From contig CAVPIW010000006.1 in assembly GCA_963705105.1 (NCBI GenBank), positions 672,001 to 736,000 of the forward strand: a stretch of DNA of 64,000 nucleotides, read 5' to 3'. The notes beneath the pieces are model-generated. The model saw only the letters and a program-made list of their open reading frames with translations. It was not told where the DNA came from and made no database searches. The DNA is from an uncultured Nitrospiraceae bacterium (GTDB lineage Bacteria > Nitrospirota > Thermodesulfovibrionia > Thermodesulfovibrionales > Dissulfurispiraceae). The position numbers and the translations under genes were made by a program. Below, in pieces: positions 28,667 to 40,700 of this stretch (its first letter is position 1; each line of letters starts with the position of its first letter).

Positions 28667-30520
28667 TCAATCAGACTTGGGACCATTGCCGACAGGTCGC
28701 GATACGCCCCAACCCTCATCCGGTGGTGTAACTATCCTCTTCACCACGTAATCGCCCAATCCGTGAAGAGATCCGCTCATATAGTAACGCACTCTGTTGT
28801 CCCCGGCTGTCAGAGAGAAGATCGATTTGTCGTAAGGACGAACCCTTAAAGACATCGGTACGCCCATCAGGTCGAGAAGGGTCGCGAAATTGTTGAGATG
28901 GGAAACCCTGAGGCCGGGGGGAATGCCGGCTAAGAGCCCTTTCTTGCTATACCGCTCACCTGACACGAGGAAATCGGGCACATCGACGATCACATTGTCA
29001 GGCTTCATGTGGGTATACACTTGCCCGTGCTCCGCCAAAGTCTGGCCATGGTCCGATGTGTACAGAATGACATAGTTCTGATTTGTCGTACCGGAAACAA
29101 ACACCCGGAAGAATTCATCCACTTGAAAGCGGATTCCATTGTCATAGGTATTGACGAGCTTCTCACGTCCTGTCGCGCTGGGGTCGATGGATTCCGATGT
29201 TTCCATAACCGGCTTCCAGATCGTAGATGCCATATCGTCCGGATATCTATTGCGATAGTGGAAATGGAGACCCTTCTTGTTGACGAGAACGAAATAGCCG
29301 CCCCTTTCATTCAGAAGACTACTGAGAAAGCGGGCGATGCCCAAATCCTTCGTGGTGTCAAGATCGACGTGGCGCTCCTTGAACGACTGATCGGTCATCC
29401 ACAGGTCCAGGGATCTCACGGGACCATCCCCGGCCGCCTTCACGAGCTGAGAAAGATAGCCTTTATCGATGTCAATGTAGATCGTTTCGTAGCCCATTTT
29501 CTTTGCGTAATCAAGGATGGTCGGATTCCTGGCGGTGCGAAAGGCGTCGTCGGGAAATGCGTTGTGACCGGTAATGAGATAGGCATTGCTGATGTGGGAA
29601 TAGGAACTGGCTGCGACACAAATGCCGAGATTCTTCAGGTGGCCCCGGGTTTCGAGGGATTGAAGGAACGGGGTGGTGGGGCGCGGGTAGCCGTTCAGGC
29701 TGAGATTGCTGCCGCGAACTGACTCATCGATGACATAGATGATGCTGTCCAGTGGCCGTTGGGAGGCGAAAAAGACCGGCAGGTCGTCCCGCGGTCCCTG
29801 ATATGCGCGGAGGTTTTGAAACTCGTAATGAAGTGTTGAACGGAGGAAGGAGGTCAGGGGATTCAGATGGAAGCTGCGTTCCGGCACGTGGAGGAAGAGG
29901 ACGTAATTGGAAGCGAGGAGGTAGAGCGCCGGCAGGAGGCAGAGGGCAAGGGCCTTTCGGAAGGCGGATACAGGGGGGGCGAGGATCAGTGCGGACAGAA
30001 CGAGTACGTAGGGGAGAGCATCCAATAAGACGAGCGGCTTAAAGAAGCTTGAAATGGCTTCTGCCCGATGGTCCCCGCCGACGGTCAGGGCGAGAAGAAC
30101 GTCGGTGCTGGTCATGAACTGGGATAGCGTCTGCCAATAGGAAAATTGGAGGACGACAACAAAAACAGAAAGAAGGAGGGCGACCGTGCGGAGAGGTCTC
30201 GGGAGGAGGGTGATGAGATAGAAGAGTGCGACCACCTGCAGGAAGACCAGCGTGAAGGCGCCTGAGAACTTCATGATGCCGACGACCGGGAGTGAGTGCA
30301 GGAGAGCACGGTAATCGCTGAACCTGAAAATGGGATCAATGATGACAGCGAGGGTCGCTGCAACCAAGGCGGTCAAGGCGCGGGGATAGGGTGCTTGAGT
30401 GATGGCGCGAAGGGAGCACTTTGGCATCACTGGCCCTCTTCGAGAAGCCGGCGGCAGACATTCGCGATGTTGAAGGCCGCCGAGCCGTTCTGAACCGGCA
30501 TCAGCCGGCGCAATTTCCAT
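28667..30520 (-). CDS. Membrane sulfatase-superfamily protein, EptA-like phosphoethanolamine transferase
   Basis: N-terminal TM helices; IDESVR, GYPRPTTP, YDNGI, TSDHG. True start probably near 30427. Confidence 0.75.
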   Translation of the reverse strand: MEIAPADAGSERLGGLQHRECLPPASRRGPVMPKCSLRAITQAPYPRALTALVAATLAVIIDPIFRFSDYRALLHSLPVVGIMKFSGAFTLVFLQVVALFYLITLLPRPLRTVALLLSVFVVVLQFSYWQTLSQFMTSTDVLLALTVGGDHRAEAISSFFKPLVLLDALPYVLVLSALILAPPVSAFRKALALCLLPALYLLASNYVLFLHVPERSFHLNPLTSFLRSTLHYEFQNLRAYQGPRDDLPVFFASQRPLDSIIYVIDESVRGSNLSLNGYPRPTTPFLQSLETRGHLKNLGICVAASSYSHISNAYLITGHNAFPDDAFRTARNPTILDYAKKMGYETIYIDIDKGYLSQLVKAAGDGPVRSLDLWMTDQSFKERHVDLDTTKDLGIARFLSSLLNERGGYFVLVNKKGLHFHYRNRYPDDMASTIWKPVMETSESIDPSATGREKLVNTYDNGIRFQVDEFFRVFVSGTTNQNYVILYTSDHGQTLAEHGQVYTHMKPDNVIVDVPDFLVSGERYSKKGLLAGIPPGLRVSHLNNFATLLDLMGVPMSLRVRPYDKSIFSLTAGDNRVRYYMSGSLHGLGDYVVKRIVTPPDEGWGVSRPVGNGPKSD

Positions 30521-31425
30521 GTCGAAGTCCGAGTAGGATTCTTTCCGAGTGCAATGCCGACGAAGGCAGTTGACGAAAATTGAGTGATCAGGACATCGCA
30601 GTTCGCGATCATTTCTTCTGCACTTCCGGTCGTGAACACCATGGCTCCCGGCGCGTGCCGGCTGATTTCCCGGATGGCGCGCTTGACATTTTCGTTCGGG
30701 TGAAGCTTGAAGATAAGTTGCCTCCCGCCGGCGAACTCGACAGCTCTTCGGATGAAGGCCCTGCGGTTTTCGCCGCGGAATGTCTCCCTCAGCGGCGACG
30801 TGCAGGCCAGCACGTAGTGTCTATAGGGAAACTCATTGCTGCAATATCGCCCGCAGTCATCGAAATTGGGTATTCCCGTAACGACGATCTTCGCGGGGCT
30901 CACACCTTTTCGGATGAAAAATTCGCGATATCCCTCACTTGCGACGCAAAAAGCCCTGTAGGCATCGCTGAGACCCGTCGTTGACGTACCCGCCCACCAG
31001 AGAGGAAGGAATCGGAGGCGCTTGACGAGATGGAACATCATGGATTCCGGGTCCGTAATCCCTTCCTGTACCAGGACGATCCTGTTGCCCCGAATGTTCT
31101 TCTGAAGGTAGACGTCCGAGCAGGTGACCACCAGGTCGTAGGGCCGATTCCTTCCCTGGTAGTCGATGGGGAGGTGATGATCCTGAAGATACCTCCGGCA
31201 GCGTCCCGCCAGTTTGTCCCCTGAGATCGTGAACTCGAGCAACCCGAGTCTTCGAAGAATCTCGTCAAAACCGTGGACGTAGTAGGGCGAGAAGGAGTGC
31301 TCATACTCGGGAAGATGCCCGGAGATCTGGTGCATCTGGGTTGTCTGATTCATCGAACCACATATAAAGAATATCCTTTTTCTCATCGCGCACTTCCCGT
31401 CGTCGCCTGGGCGCCCGGCGGTCAT
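30427..31425 (-). CDS. GT-B-fold-like hypothetical protein; 3' end probably frameshifted
   Basis: LVQEG, IVVTGIPNFD, IFKLHPNE, CDVLITQFSS. Confidence 0.6.
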   Translation of the reverse strand: MTAGRPGDDGKCAMRKRIFFICGSMNQTTQMHQISGHLPEYEHSFSPYYVHGFDEILRRLGLLEFTISGDKLAGRCRRYLQDHHLPIDYQGRNRPYDLVVTCSDVYLQKNIRGNRIVLVQEGITDPESMMFHLVKRLRFLPLWWAGTSTTGLSDAYRAFCVASEGYREFFIRKGVSPAKIVVTGIPNFDDCGRYCSNEFPYRHYVLACTSPLRETFRGENRRAFIRRAVEFAGGRQLIFKLHPNENVKRAIREISRHAPGAMVFTTGSAEEMIANCDVLITQFSSTAFVGIALGKNPTRTSTWKLRRLMPVQNGSAAFNIANVCRRLLEEGQ

Positions 31426-31494
31426 TCTCCCGGGGAAGATGATAAGGCACAGGCATGGCGTGCCTGAGTGATGGTGCGAGGGGGCACTTTGCGA

Positions 31495-32610
31495 TTACTT
31501 GTCATCTTCCCATTTGGTGGTCATGATGCCCAGGACGAAGGCCACGGCGGCGAAAGCCCCTATGACCATGGAATATCTCAGCGCGGCCGTGTTGTCGGCA
31601 AGTACCATGGATGCCCGGAGCCCCTCGTTCACATAAAAGAGAGGCAGTACCTTGGCGAACTTCTGCAGGAATTCCGGCATCATCTCGATCGGGAAGAAGG
31701 TCCCCGAGAGGAACATCATCGGGAACATGATGGCGTTTGCCGCCGCTGCGGCGCTCTCCGCCTCCTTCGCGACACGGGTGAGTATCATCCCGAGCCCGAC
31801 GAACGCAAAGACGGCAAGCACAATGAACAGCGGGAGCCAGGCATTTATCTCGAGGCTGACATTGAACACACCATAGCTCACCAGCAATATCACAATGGTG
31901 GACAGAACCGCGAGGATGAACTGGTACAGGACGTTCGACAGGATCCAGTCGGTATGGGTGATGGGGGTGGTAGACAGCCTCCTGATGATGCCCTTCTGCC
32001 GGAGCTCCGCATTCACGTTCACAGCACCGAACAGGCTCGCCGTCATCACCGCCATCGCGATGATCCCCGGGACGAAGAACTCGATAAACCGGTATTTCTT
32101 TTTCAGCACCGATGTCTCTGCCGACTTGATGAACGGCGGTTTCCCCGACATTTTCTGGTTTATTCCGGCGAGCACCACGCTCAGGGCCTGCATCTTGGTG
32201 GTCACCCCGAAGGAGCTGGGGTCGTGTATCTCCGTGAGGGTAACGGATGCATTGGGGTCGTTGAGCCCCATTCTGCGCATCAAGGACTCTTCACAGCCTT
32301 TGGGTATAATGAGGACAAGGTCCCGCTTGTTGTCCTTGGCATACTGTGTGGCGTTGACGGCAGGGTCAACCTGGTTGATCTTGAATCTCCCGCTGCGCCC
32401 GATAGCCTGAGCGAGCTGTGCGGACGACTTTGTCCGGTCGAGATCCTGCACGTCCAGATCGAAGATTCTGTTGTCCCTTTCCATAAAAATGGTGCCGAAC
32501 ACGAGTATCAGGATCACCGGGAAGGCGATTCTGAAAAACACGGCCGTCTTCTCTCGGTAGAAGCTCTTCACGCTCACGACAAGATTTGCGCCGACAACGC
32601 GCAGGTTCAT
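31495..32610 (-). CDS. ABC-2 type transporter permease
   Basis: FFVPGIIAM, FLSGTFFP; multiple TM helices. Confidence 0.9.
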   Translation of the reverse strand: MNLRVVGANLVVSVKSFYREKTAVFFRIAFPVILILVFGTIFMERDNRIFDLDVQDLDRTKSSAQLAQAIGRSGRFKINQVDPAVNATQYAKDNKRDLVLIIPKGCEESLMRRMGLNDPNASVTLTEIHDPSSFGVTTKMQALSVVLAGINQKMSGKPPFIKSAETSVLKKKYRFIEFFVPGIIAMAVMTASLFGAVNVNAELRQKGIIRRLSTTPITHTDWILSNVLYQFILAVLSTIVILLVSYGVFNVSLEINAWLPLFIVLAVFAFVGLGMILTRVAKEAESAAAAANAIMFPMMFLSGTFFPIEMMPEFLQKFAKVLPLFYVNEGLRASMVLADNTAALRYSMVIGAFAAVAFVLGIMTTKWEDDK

Positions 32611-33560
32611 TCCGCCACCCCTCCCCCGACGGGGTCCTCGTGGAGAGCTTCGCCGGTGAGCTTCAGGAAGACCTCTTCCAGGTTGGGCTTGCGAACGTCC
32701 AGGCCGAGGAACGACGCCCCGCCCTCCGTGACGGCGTTCAGTATCTTCTGGACATCGTCCGTGTGATCCAACCGGACCTTGATGTTCCTCTGGTTGTCAT
32801 GGACCGGCTCGAAGCCCATCTTCCGGAGGATGTCAAAGACTTTTTCATCGACGGACTTCAGCGTGAGGACAACGTAATTCGCGTTGCCTTCTATGAGCTC
32901 AGCGGGAGAGTCCATCGCGATGATCTTCCCCTTCGCGATGATTGCAACCCTGTCCGCAAGAAGCTCCGCTTCCTCCATGTAGTGCGTTGTGAGAAATACC
33001 GTCTTCCCCTTCTTCGTCAGGCCCAGCAGGACTTTCCACACCTCGCGCCTCGCGCGGGGGTCGAGGCCTGTCGTCGGCTCGTCGAGGAACACGACTTCGG
33101 GGTCGTTCACAAGCGCAATCGCGATGCCGAGGCGCTGCTTCAAGCCCCCGGAGAGGTCCTTGAACTGCTCTTTTGTCTTTTCCTTGAGGTCCACGAGCTC
33201 TATCAGCCCATCGACATCGCAGTTCCTGCAGCCGAAAAGGCGCGAGTAGTACTGGATGGTCTCCCTGACCGTAATCCTGTCGAACGAGCTGAACCCCTGC
33301 GGCAGGACGCCGATGCGGGGGACAATGTCGTGCTTCCTTTTCGTGACGTCCATCCCAAGAAGGCTCACCTTTCCCGACGTGGGCCTGCGGATTGTCTCGA
33401 TGATCTCTACGGCAGTGGTCTTGCCGGCGCCGTTCGCACCCAGGAACGCGAACACTTCGCCTTTCCTGACAGTGAACGATATGTCGTTGACCGCCAGCAA
33501 CTCCCCGTAACGCTTCGTCAGTCTCTCGACTTCGATTACGTGTTCAGCTTCTTTCGTCAT
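32607..33560 (-). CDS. ABC transporter ATP-binding protein
   Basis: GANGAGKT, LSGG, FLDEPT. Confidence 0.93.
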   Translation of the reverse strand: MTKEAEHVIEVERLTKRYGELLAVNDISFTVRKGEVFAFLGANGAGKTTAVEIIETIRRPTSGKVSLLGMDVTKRKHDIVPRIGVLPQGFSSFDRITVRETIQYYSRLFGCRNCDVDGLIELVDLKEKTKEQFKDLSGGLKQRLGIAIALVNDPEVVFLDEPTTGLDPRARREVWKVLLGLTKKGKTVFLTTHYMEEAELLADRVAIIAKGKIIAMDSPAELIEGNANYVVLTLKSVDEKVFDILRKMGFEPVHDNQRNIKVRLDHTDDVQKILNAVTEGGASFLGLDVRKPNLEEVFLKLTGEALHEDPVGGGVAE

Positions 33561-34366
33561 GAATCGATATTGCCTCTATGGGGGGCAACGATATTAAAAC
33601 ACCCCGCCCATCGCCTCATCGCTGTTGCCGATTCAAGAGGGCGATGGAAAGCCACATCTTCACCCTGGGGAAGCGAACGTACCCATAGGGACCGGCCGGC
33701 AGCTATGGGAAACCGCACCAGGGCCTTCCCTGATAAGCCGACCGGAAAGGTATATCCGCCGTCTTCCCCCACCGTCCCCTCTAACGATGGATAGACGGTG
33801 ATTTGCCGCGGATCCACGAGATGGAATGCACATCCCAGGGCCTTGACAACGGCTTCCTTGACAGACCAGAGCAGGGCCGATGCCTTTTCCAAATCTCCGC
33901 CCGCCAACCTCAAGGCATGCTGAAGCTCTTGTGGATGGAAGACCCGGTGAAAGGGGTATCCTCTCTGGAATTCATCGGGCCCTGCCACATCAATGCCGAT
34001 ATCAGACTCATCTCCACAGAGAGCAGCCCAGACTTTTCCTCCACCCTCGCTGAAGGAGATGGCCGGACCCCGATATTCTCCCAACAGGAGATGGGGCCTG
34101 CCGAGCAGGCCGCGGACCACCTGAATCGGGAAAGCAGTCCTGTTGGAGGATTGACAGCGTTTCCAAAGAGGACTTTCCATCGCCACAAGGTGATCCCACA
34201 GGGTGGAGACAAGGCGGTGCTTGTCCCCTGCCCCGTTCGTCCCACACCCTTTGAGGGTTTCGTCGGCACATGGCATGGATGCATAGAAGACGGGTCCTCT
34301 TCCATGAACGAAACTCATGGCATGAACGGTTATTCCTTGGCAATCCTTTGCCACATCCACTCCCAC
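33557..34366 (-). CDS. 4'-phosphopantetheinyl transferase (Sfp-like)
   Basis: IGIDV and LWSVKEAVVKALG motifs. Confidence 0.8.
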   Translation of the reverse strand: MGVDVAKDCQGITVHAMSFVHGRGPVFYASMPCADETLKGCGTNGAGDKHRLVSTLWDHLVAMESPLWKRCQSSNRTAFPIQVVRGLLGRPHLLLGEYRGPAISFSEGGGKVWAALCGDESDIGIDVAGPDEFQRGYPFHRVFHPQELQHALRLAGGDLEKASALLWSVKEAVVKALGCAFHLVDPRQITVYPSLEGTVGEDGGYTFPVGLSGKALVRFPIAAGRSLWVRSLPQGEDVAFHRPLESATAMRRWAGCFNIVAPHRGNIDS

Positions 34367-34385
34367 TCTTTTCGAACTATGCTTT

Positions 34386-34772
34386 ACCTTATCGTTGCAT
34401 TCGCCTTCTGGAAAGGCGGGGTGAAGATGCCACTGAAAAAGTCACTAAGTCATTAAGTTATTGAGTCATTGAGTCATTATCGGCAGTCGGAACAACGCAG
34501 GGAGCACTCGGGCGGGAAGGCTGAAGTGGTGAAAAGCCTTTCCGCTAAGATACCTCATTCTTCCCCAGACAAGCGATTGCCGTCGCTATCGATACCACAA
34601 GCCCGTCAGCCAACAGGCGCTGAACACCTTGAGATGTCTCATCATCGCATTGGAAAGGCTTTGAACCATATTTGCCTTCCCGGAGACCGCGTAGATATAA
34701 GAACTATTCCTTTCACTGACACTCACACTGTTTCAGATCGCTTCGCCCCGCCTTTTCATGCAACTGTGAGGC
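34386..34772 (+). mobile_element. MITE-like element, copy 4 (long subtype)
   Basis: Same termini as the other copies; ~300 bp interior with five 8-bp (A/G)AGT(C/T)A(C/T)T tandem units; inverted twin at 45877-46269. Confidence 0.85.
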
Positions 34773-37700
34773 TCACTCCGAAACCCAGTGCATCCGCAAT
34801 ACCATAAATCTGCATGATGGTGCGGCCTTGATCGTCAATCCCTCTGGCGTCCCAGGCGAGGCCTTCGTCGTCCTGCGCCCGCATGCGGGCCTCCAGGGTT
34901 ATCTGTTCCCCTGCCCGGCATTTTCGCAAAAACCTCATCTCCCCGATCTCCATGGGAATCATCGATCGCCGCTCCGATGGGTCCATTGCGGCGATGTGGA
35001 AGCCGACCAACTGCAAAAGGGCCTCGAAAAGGTAGGGAGAGTATTGGTACCGGGCGTTCCGCAGATTTGCGAAATCACTTGTCTCCCGGTAGGTGGTTCG
35101 GCCCCGGACCACCCCCGGACCTGCACCGTCAAGGAACTCCATCACGCGATACCTGCCTTCGAGGCCGCTGCGGTCTTTGTACCATTTAAGCACTTTTTTA
35201 TGATCCATGGGCTTCGTCCGCAGTTCGTCCAGCCGGACAGGAAAATCCGGGAGCCCCTCCCCGAGATATCCTCCCCCGCCATCAAGGATCACTTGGCCCT
35301 TGCAGTGCGGGGTGAAGCGGTCCGTCAATCTCCCGGCGGGGGAGATCTCCTGTGTTGCGAGAGAGACCTCGCACAATACCTCCCGAAGGCCGTTGCCGGC
35401 CCGGCGGCAGGAGATCCTGGAAGGCCGTGGAACCCCGGGAGGACATTGGATCATGTCCATGAGCCGCACCTGGCGAACTCCTCGCACCTGCAGGTGGGGA
35501 TACAGGATCCGGGCGGCTTCCATGAATGTCTCCAGAACCATGGCGGCTGAGACCAGAGGATGCTTGACGAACTTGAAAGGCCTGTGATCCGCGATCCAAA
35601 GATCCTTCTCCAGGGAGAAGGATCTGAAGGCCTCCAGTTCTTCCCGGCGGATGTCCAGGCAAGAGATCCTTTCTATCATGGGGAAATCCTCGGGGCTGAA
35701 GGACACGGTGCCTCCATCCAGTTCTCCACTGCGTGACGGACGGATTGTATCATTGAGCAGTGCCGTCCTCACGGATGGCAGCTTCCTCATGAACATCACC
35801 CAATCGTCGTCGGCCGGGGCTACGAAGAGCTCCCGGCAGAAAAGCCCTGCAAGCTCATTCACATGGATGTACGCCACGCCCTTCCGCTTCATCAGCTCCC
35901 GGACCTCCGGATCCTCGGCCATGCCCGCCCCCTCGACAGGGGGAAGCATCAAAGCCTTGAACCGGATGGCGCCGTTTTTCCGGCGGAGGGTTCTGAGCAA
36001 CGCAGACATCATCCGGTTGGCTGCAGCGTAGTTGGCCTGGCCGGGATTCCCCTGGATCGCGGCCGCCGAGGAGAGGCCCACGAAAAACCTCAAACCGGCC
36101 TCCTTCGCAGCCGAGAATAGATTCCAGGCCCGAGGAATTTGACGTCCGTGACCATGGAGAAATCATCCGGGGTCATTTGGCTCAAGAGACCGTCCCTGAG
36201 GACTCCGGCGCCGTGAATGATCCCGTCGATCTTGCCATAACGGCTTGCCACCTCGCCCATGATCGCGCGGACCGCCTCGGGGTCGGTCACATCGCAGGTA
36301 TGGTACGTTGCCTCGATCCCTGAGGAGTGCAAATCCGCCAGGGTCCGGGCGATCTCCGATGCCCTGTAGTCGAGAGTGAACGCCTCAGAAGGCGAATGTT
36401 CAGGGTCGCGGCTTTACGGGATTGATGCCTGGATCGAGAGGGGTCCTCCCCAGAAAGACCAGGCGGGGCGTGAAAGGCACAAGGCTGCGGGCCAGGTGGG
36501 CGCTGATCCCGGTTGCGCCCCCGGACATGACGACAACGTCTCCAGGGCTCAGATTCAGACTTGACGGATCCCCGAAGACCGACGGGGCTACGTGCCCCTC
36601 CGAAGTGAAGACCCTTCCATCACGATGAATGATCTCCACCACGGTGCATCCTCTGTCCAGAGCACCGCGCAGCGCAACGCGAAGGTCGGTATCCCTGTCG
36701 ATTTCCAATGTGCGAAACTGGACCGATGGGTATTCCTGCGCTGCGCTCAGAAAAAGTCCGAGCATCCCTTCCGCCAGCAGCCGACCGAGAGTTTCGGTAT
36801 CCTCCCTGGAATGGATCAGCACCACGAATTTCTTGGCCGGTGATTGAAGAAATGCCTTCAGGAGGAGAAAGAGCCCCCTGAGAAGCCGCGAAACATCCGC
36901 CATGTTTCTTAACCTTCCCGACCCGCCTTGAGGGAGGGTGATGACCATCCCGGCAAGGGACGCCAGGCCCGCTATTCTATCTACAGCCCTGGAGGCCCCT
37001 TCATCGGTTCGAATGTCGTGGCCCTCTTCGCCCGGACCGAAGTTCCCTTGCATGAACAGCATCGGAAACGTGTCAACCCCGTAATCCAGTCGGAGGATGT
37101 CCCCTGCACTTCCGGCAATCCCGTCATCCCTGTCAGGTGAGAGAAGGAGGACTGACTCGCCTGGGCTCAATTCCATGGGAATAGAGGCCGCCAACTCTAC
37201 AGTGGCATGGTTGAATACGAGCCGCTTTAAACTCGCCTCATCCTCTGAGGGCTTCAGGATTTCATCCCGCACCGGGTCGGGGTCAGACAGCCTTGGTGGC
37301 CGGCTGCAGGCCGGGACCTCCCTGCCTGGCGATGATCTCGGAGATCCTCTGGGCGATGTCCTTCACGGTGCGGACACCTATAAAATCCTCCAATTCGATA
37401 GTGATCCCGAATTGGCGTTCCGCAGCATCCATGATGATGGGGAGACGACTGGATCGGATGGAGAGGTCCTTTCTGAGATCCATATCGGGTTGGATCTCGT
37501 CCCTGTTGAATCCTGTAGCATCCATGATGATTCGAATAAGCCTCTCCATAAGATCTTGGTGCTCAGACGCCTCACCGGGGGCAGGTGAGGCCTGTTGCAG
37601 AATGGCAGGGGTGGAATCGAGAGGCGGGGATGCCGGTTTTCCGGGAGAGACCTGCTTCTGGCTTTCGGGAGGCCCGGAACCCACAAGCATGGATTTGATA

Positions 37701-40700
37701 ACGGATGATAGATCGCCTTCCTGGAATGTTGGGTCAAGCTCTTGGCGGATGGCTTCCAGGATGTTGGGCTTAAGGAAGCGGCCGAAGGTCTCTATCATGA
37801 ATCGGTTGATTTCCCTTTGAATGATCCTCTCCACCGGGTTGGAGCCTGCAAGCCCAGGTTCCGACGGTCGTAACGCGGGTGCTGGGGCGATTCGGTGAGA
37901 TTCGGGAGTTTTTCTGAATGCAGAGAGGGAAACAAACCTCGGTTCTCCTTCAACCTTCAGATGACCTTGAACGAAGAGCTGAGCAAGAGCGGTCTTGCAG
38001 GTCAGGCCCTCTGCGGAAGGAAGGCACGTCTGGATACATGCCGATTCAGGAAGCGTGTCTGCGATGAGATTGCTTAATGTTTCGCCGGGGCCCACCTCCA
38101 CGAAGAGCCGGACTCCGTAGTCATTCCAAAGGGTCTGGACATTATTCATCCAATGGACGGTAGATTCCAGGTGGGCCATCAGGATTCGCCTGATCTCACC
38201 GGGATCTGATGGATACGGCGCCATGGTCGTGTTGGAGATGACGGGAATCTGCGGGGAATGAAATGGAATGGAGGCAATGTACGCCTCGAGCTCATCATGG
38301 ATGACCTTCATGATAGGAGAGTGGAAGGCCATGCTGACCCGCAAGAGGGTGGCCCGGTGTCCCATTTCCTTCAATCTTTTGCACAGATCCTTGACCGCCT
38401 CGGTGTTGCCGCTCAGGACGACCTGGTTCGGTGAATTGATATTGCCGATGTGGACATCCTCCCGTCCCTGGATCATCTCTTTCAGCAGATCCAGGGGGGA
38501 CGTCCACGGCCGCCATGACGCCGGGGTCCACGTGCATGCCAGCGGCCTTGTCCATGCAGAGGGCCCTCTTGTTCACGATTCGAAACCCGTCCTCCGGGGA
38601 ATAGACACCGGCCAGGCACAAGGCGGTCAGTTCGCCCAAACTATGGCCGGCCATGGCCACAGGGTGGATACCCAGGGTGGTGAGGTATCGAGCCATGGCG
38701 TGTTCCATGGCGAACATGGCAGGTTGCTGCCACCGGGTCTTCTGAAGGTTCTCCTCTCGATCGTGGAACAATAAGTGAAGGAGGTCGAAGTCCGCTGCAG
38801 CTGCAGCCCGATCCATCCACTCCTTGATGACGGGAAAGGACTCGTAGAGCTCCCGCCCCATTCCTCCATACTGTGACCCCTGTCCGGGAAATACAAAGGC
38901 GAGCGGCAGGGCCGGCAGATCCTCGCGGCTCATGAAAATTCCCTGCTGCGCCAGGGACCTCAACACCTTGGGTGAGACGATTCCGGCTTCGGCAAGGGAG
39001 GCCGACCTCTCGATGACCGTGAGCGCCTCCTCTTCGGATTGCGCCACAACGGCCATCCGGCAGTTACGGCCGTCCATCTCGGTCCGGAAGAAAGAGACGC
39101 CCTGGAGCGTGGGAGAGCCACCTCCCCTTCTCTCTATCGAGACCGGGTTCTCTGCCCGGTGAGACCAGGATCGTATCCACTTCATCCATGGCCTGCTCCA
39201 CCTGCACAACGTAGTTGGAACCTCCAAACCCGAAGGCGTTGACCTGAAGCCTTCTTGGCTCGGCCGTCCCTGCACTTCCAATCAAGCGGCTCCGGGGCGA
39301 TGAGGAGACCCGATCCTTCCAGGTCGATTTCCGGGTCTGGATGCATATAATTGAGGGTGGGAGGGAAAACCCCCGCCTTCATGGCCATGACTCCTCGAAT
39401 GAGGCTGTTAATGCCCGAGGCGCCCAGTGTGTGTCCGATCTGGGATTTGAATGAGGTGATCACGGTGCGCTTGGAGGAATTGAAGACGGCCTTCAGGGCA
39501 CGGACCTCCTCCACGTCTCCTTGCCGGGTGCTCGTGGCATGGCATTCCACCAGGTCCACTGCATCGGGCCCATAGGGTATCCCTCGGAAAGAGGCGCGGA
39601 TGGCCATCTCTTGGGTGACACTGGCGGACTCCACCATGCCCAGATGGTTGTTGCTCGCTCCCATGCCGGTGATGACGGCGTGGACACGCGCCCCTCTTGC
39701 GCGGGCCAGGCTTTCCCGCTCGATGACGATCATTCCCCCGCCTTCGCCGAGGACCATCCCGTCTCTTTCAGCATCGAAGGGGCGGGAGGTCTCGTGAGCG
39801 GGTCTTTCCTGTCCGGACAGCCCGTAAAGTGCGCCCAGGGCGGAGAATTCCAGAAAATGCAAGTGGGTGAGATTATCTTCGCCCCCTCCGACGATGGCGG
39901 CATCGATGATGCCGTTCCGGATCATCTGGATGGCGCTGTGAAGTGCGACCAGTGAGGTCGCGCAGGCTGCGGAGACAGAATAGCTGGGCCCCATGAACCC
40001 ATACCGGTTGCAGATGAAGCCGGCCGCTGCGCAGTTGAGTCTGCCCAGGAGTGTGGTGTCATCCGGGGCCATGCGTCCGGACTTCACCTCTCGTTCGATG
40101 GCGCTCTCCTGATCCGGCGTGAGGTGAACGGCCCTTTTGACAGCGCCAAGGATATCGTGAACGTACTCCCTGATGATCATATCGGTGAGGGTCCCCGCCG
40201 CCTCTCCCGAGTTCTGGGAGATGAGGACTCCGATTCGTTCGCGCGGGATGTCCGACTCCAGGATGCCGGATGCCCGGATGGCCCTGTCCGCCAGCCACAT
40301 GGTGATCCTTGTGGCCTCGGTCATGGTCCGGAAATCATGGGGAGGAATCCCGAGTTCATTGCGGGAGACATGAAAGTCCAGGAAGGCGCCCACCTTGCAG
40401 TAGGTCTTGTCCGGAACCTGCGGCCGGGGATCATAAAAAAGCGTCGTGATCCCACCGCGAAGGCGGAACCAATGTAATCCCGCTCTTCATGGCCAGGCTT
40501 GCAGCCCAGACTTCCTCCGGACTCTTCCCCAGGGCATTGAGTATGCTCATCCCGGTGATGGCAACCCTTTCACGATCGTCTCTGTGGGGGGCGACTCGCT
40601 TCAGTCCATGGCCGACCCCGGAGGATGGGGTTTCCGGGGTTTTCTCGATCGACCCCACAACGGGCTGATGCAGCAAAAGAGGGCCTTCGGCCAGCTCGCG

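Noticed and set aside
34469..34807. 112-aa ORF with a 103-aa twin at 45875-46186
   Set aside because: The conservation just reflects the DNA repeat; TTG start, no RBS and no recognisable domain.
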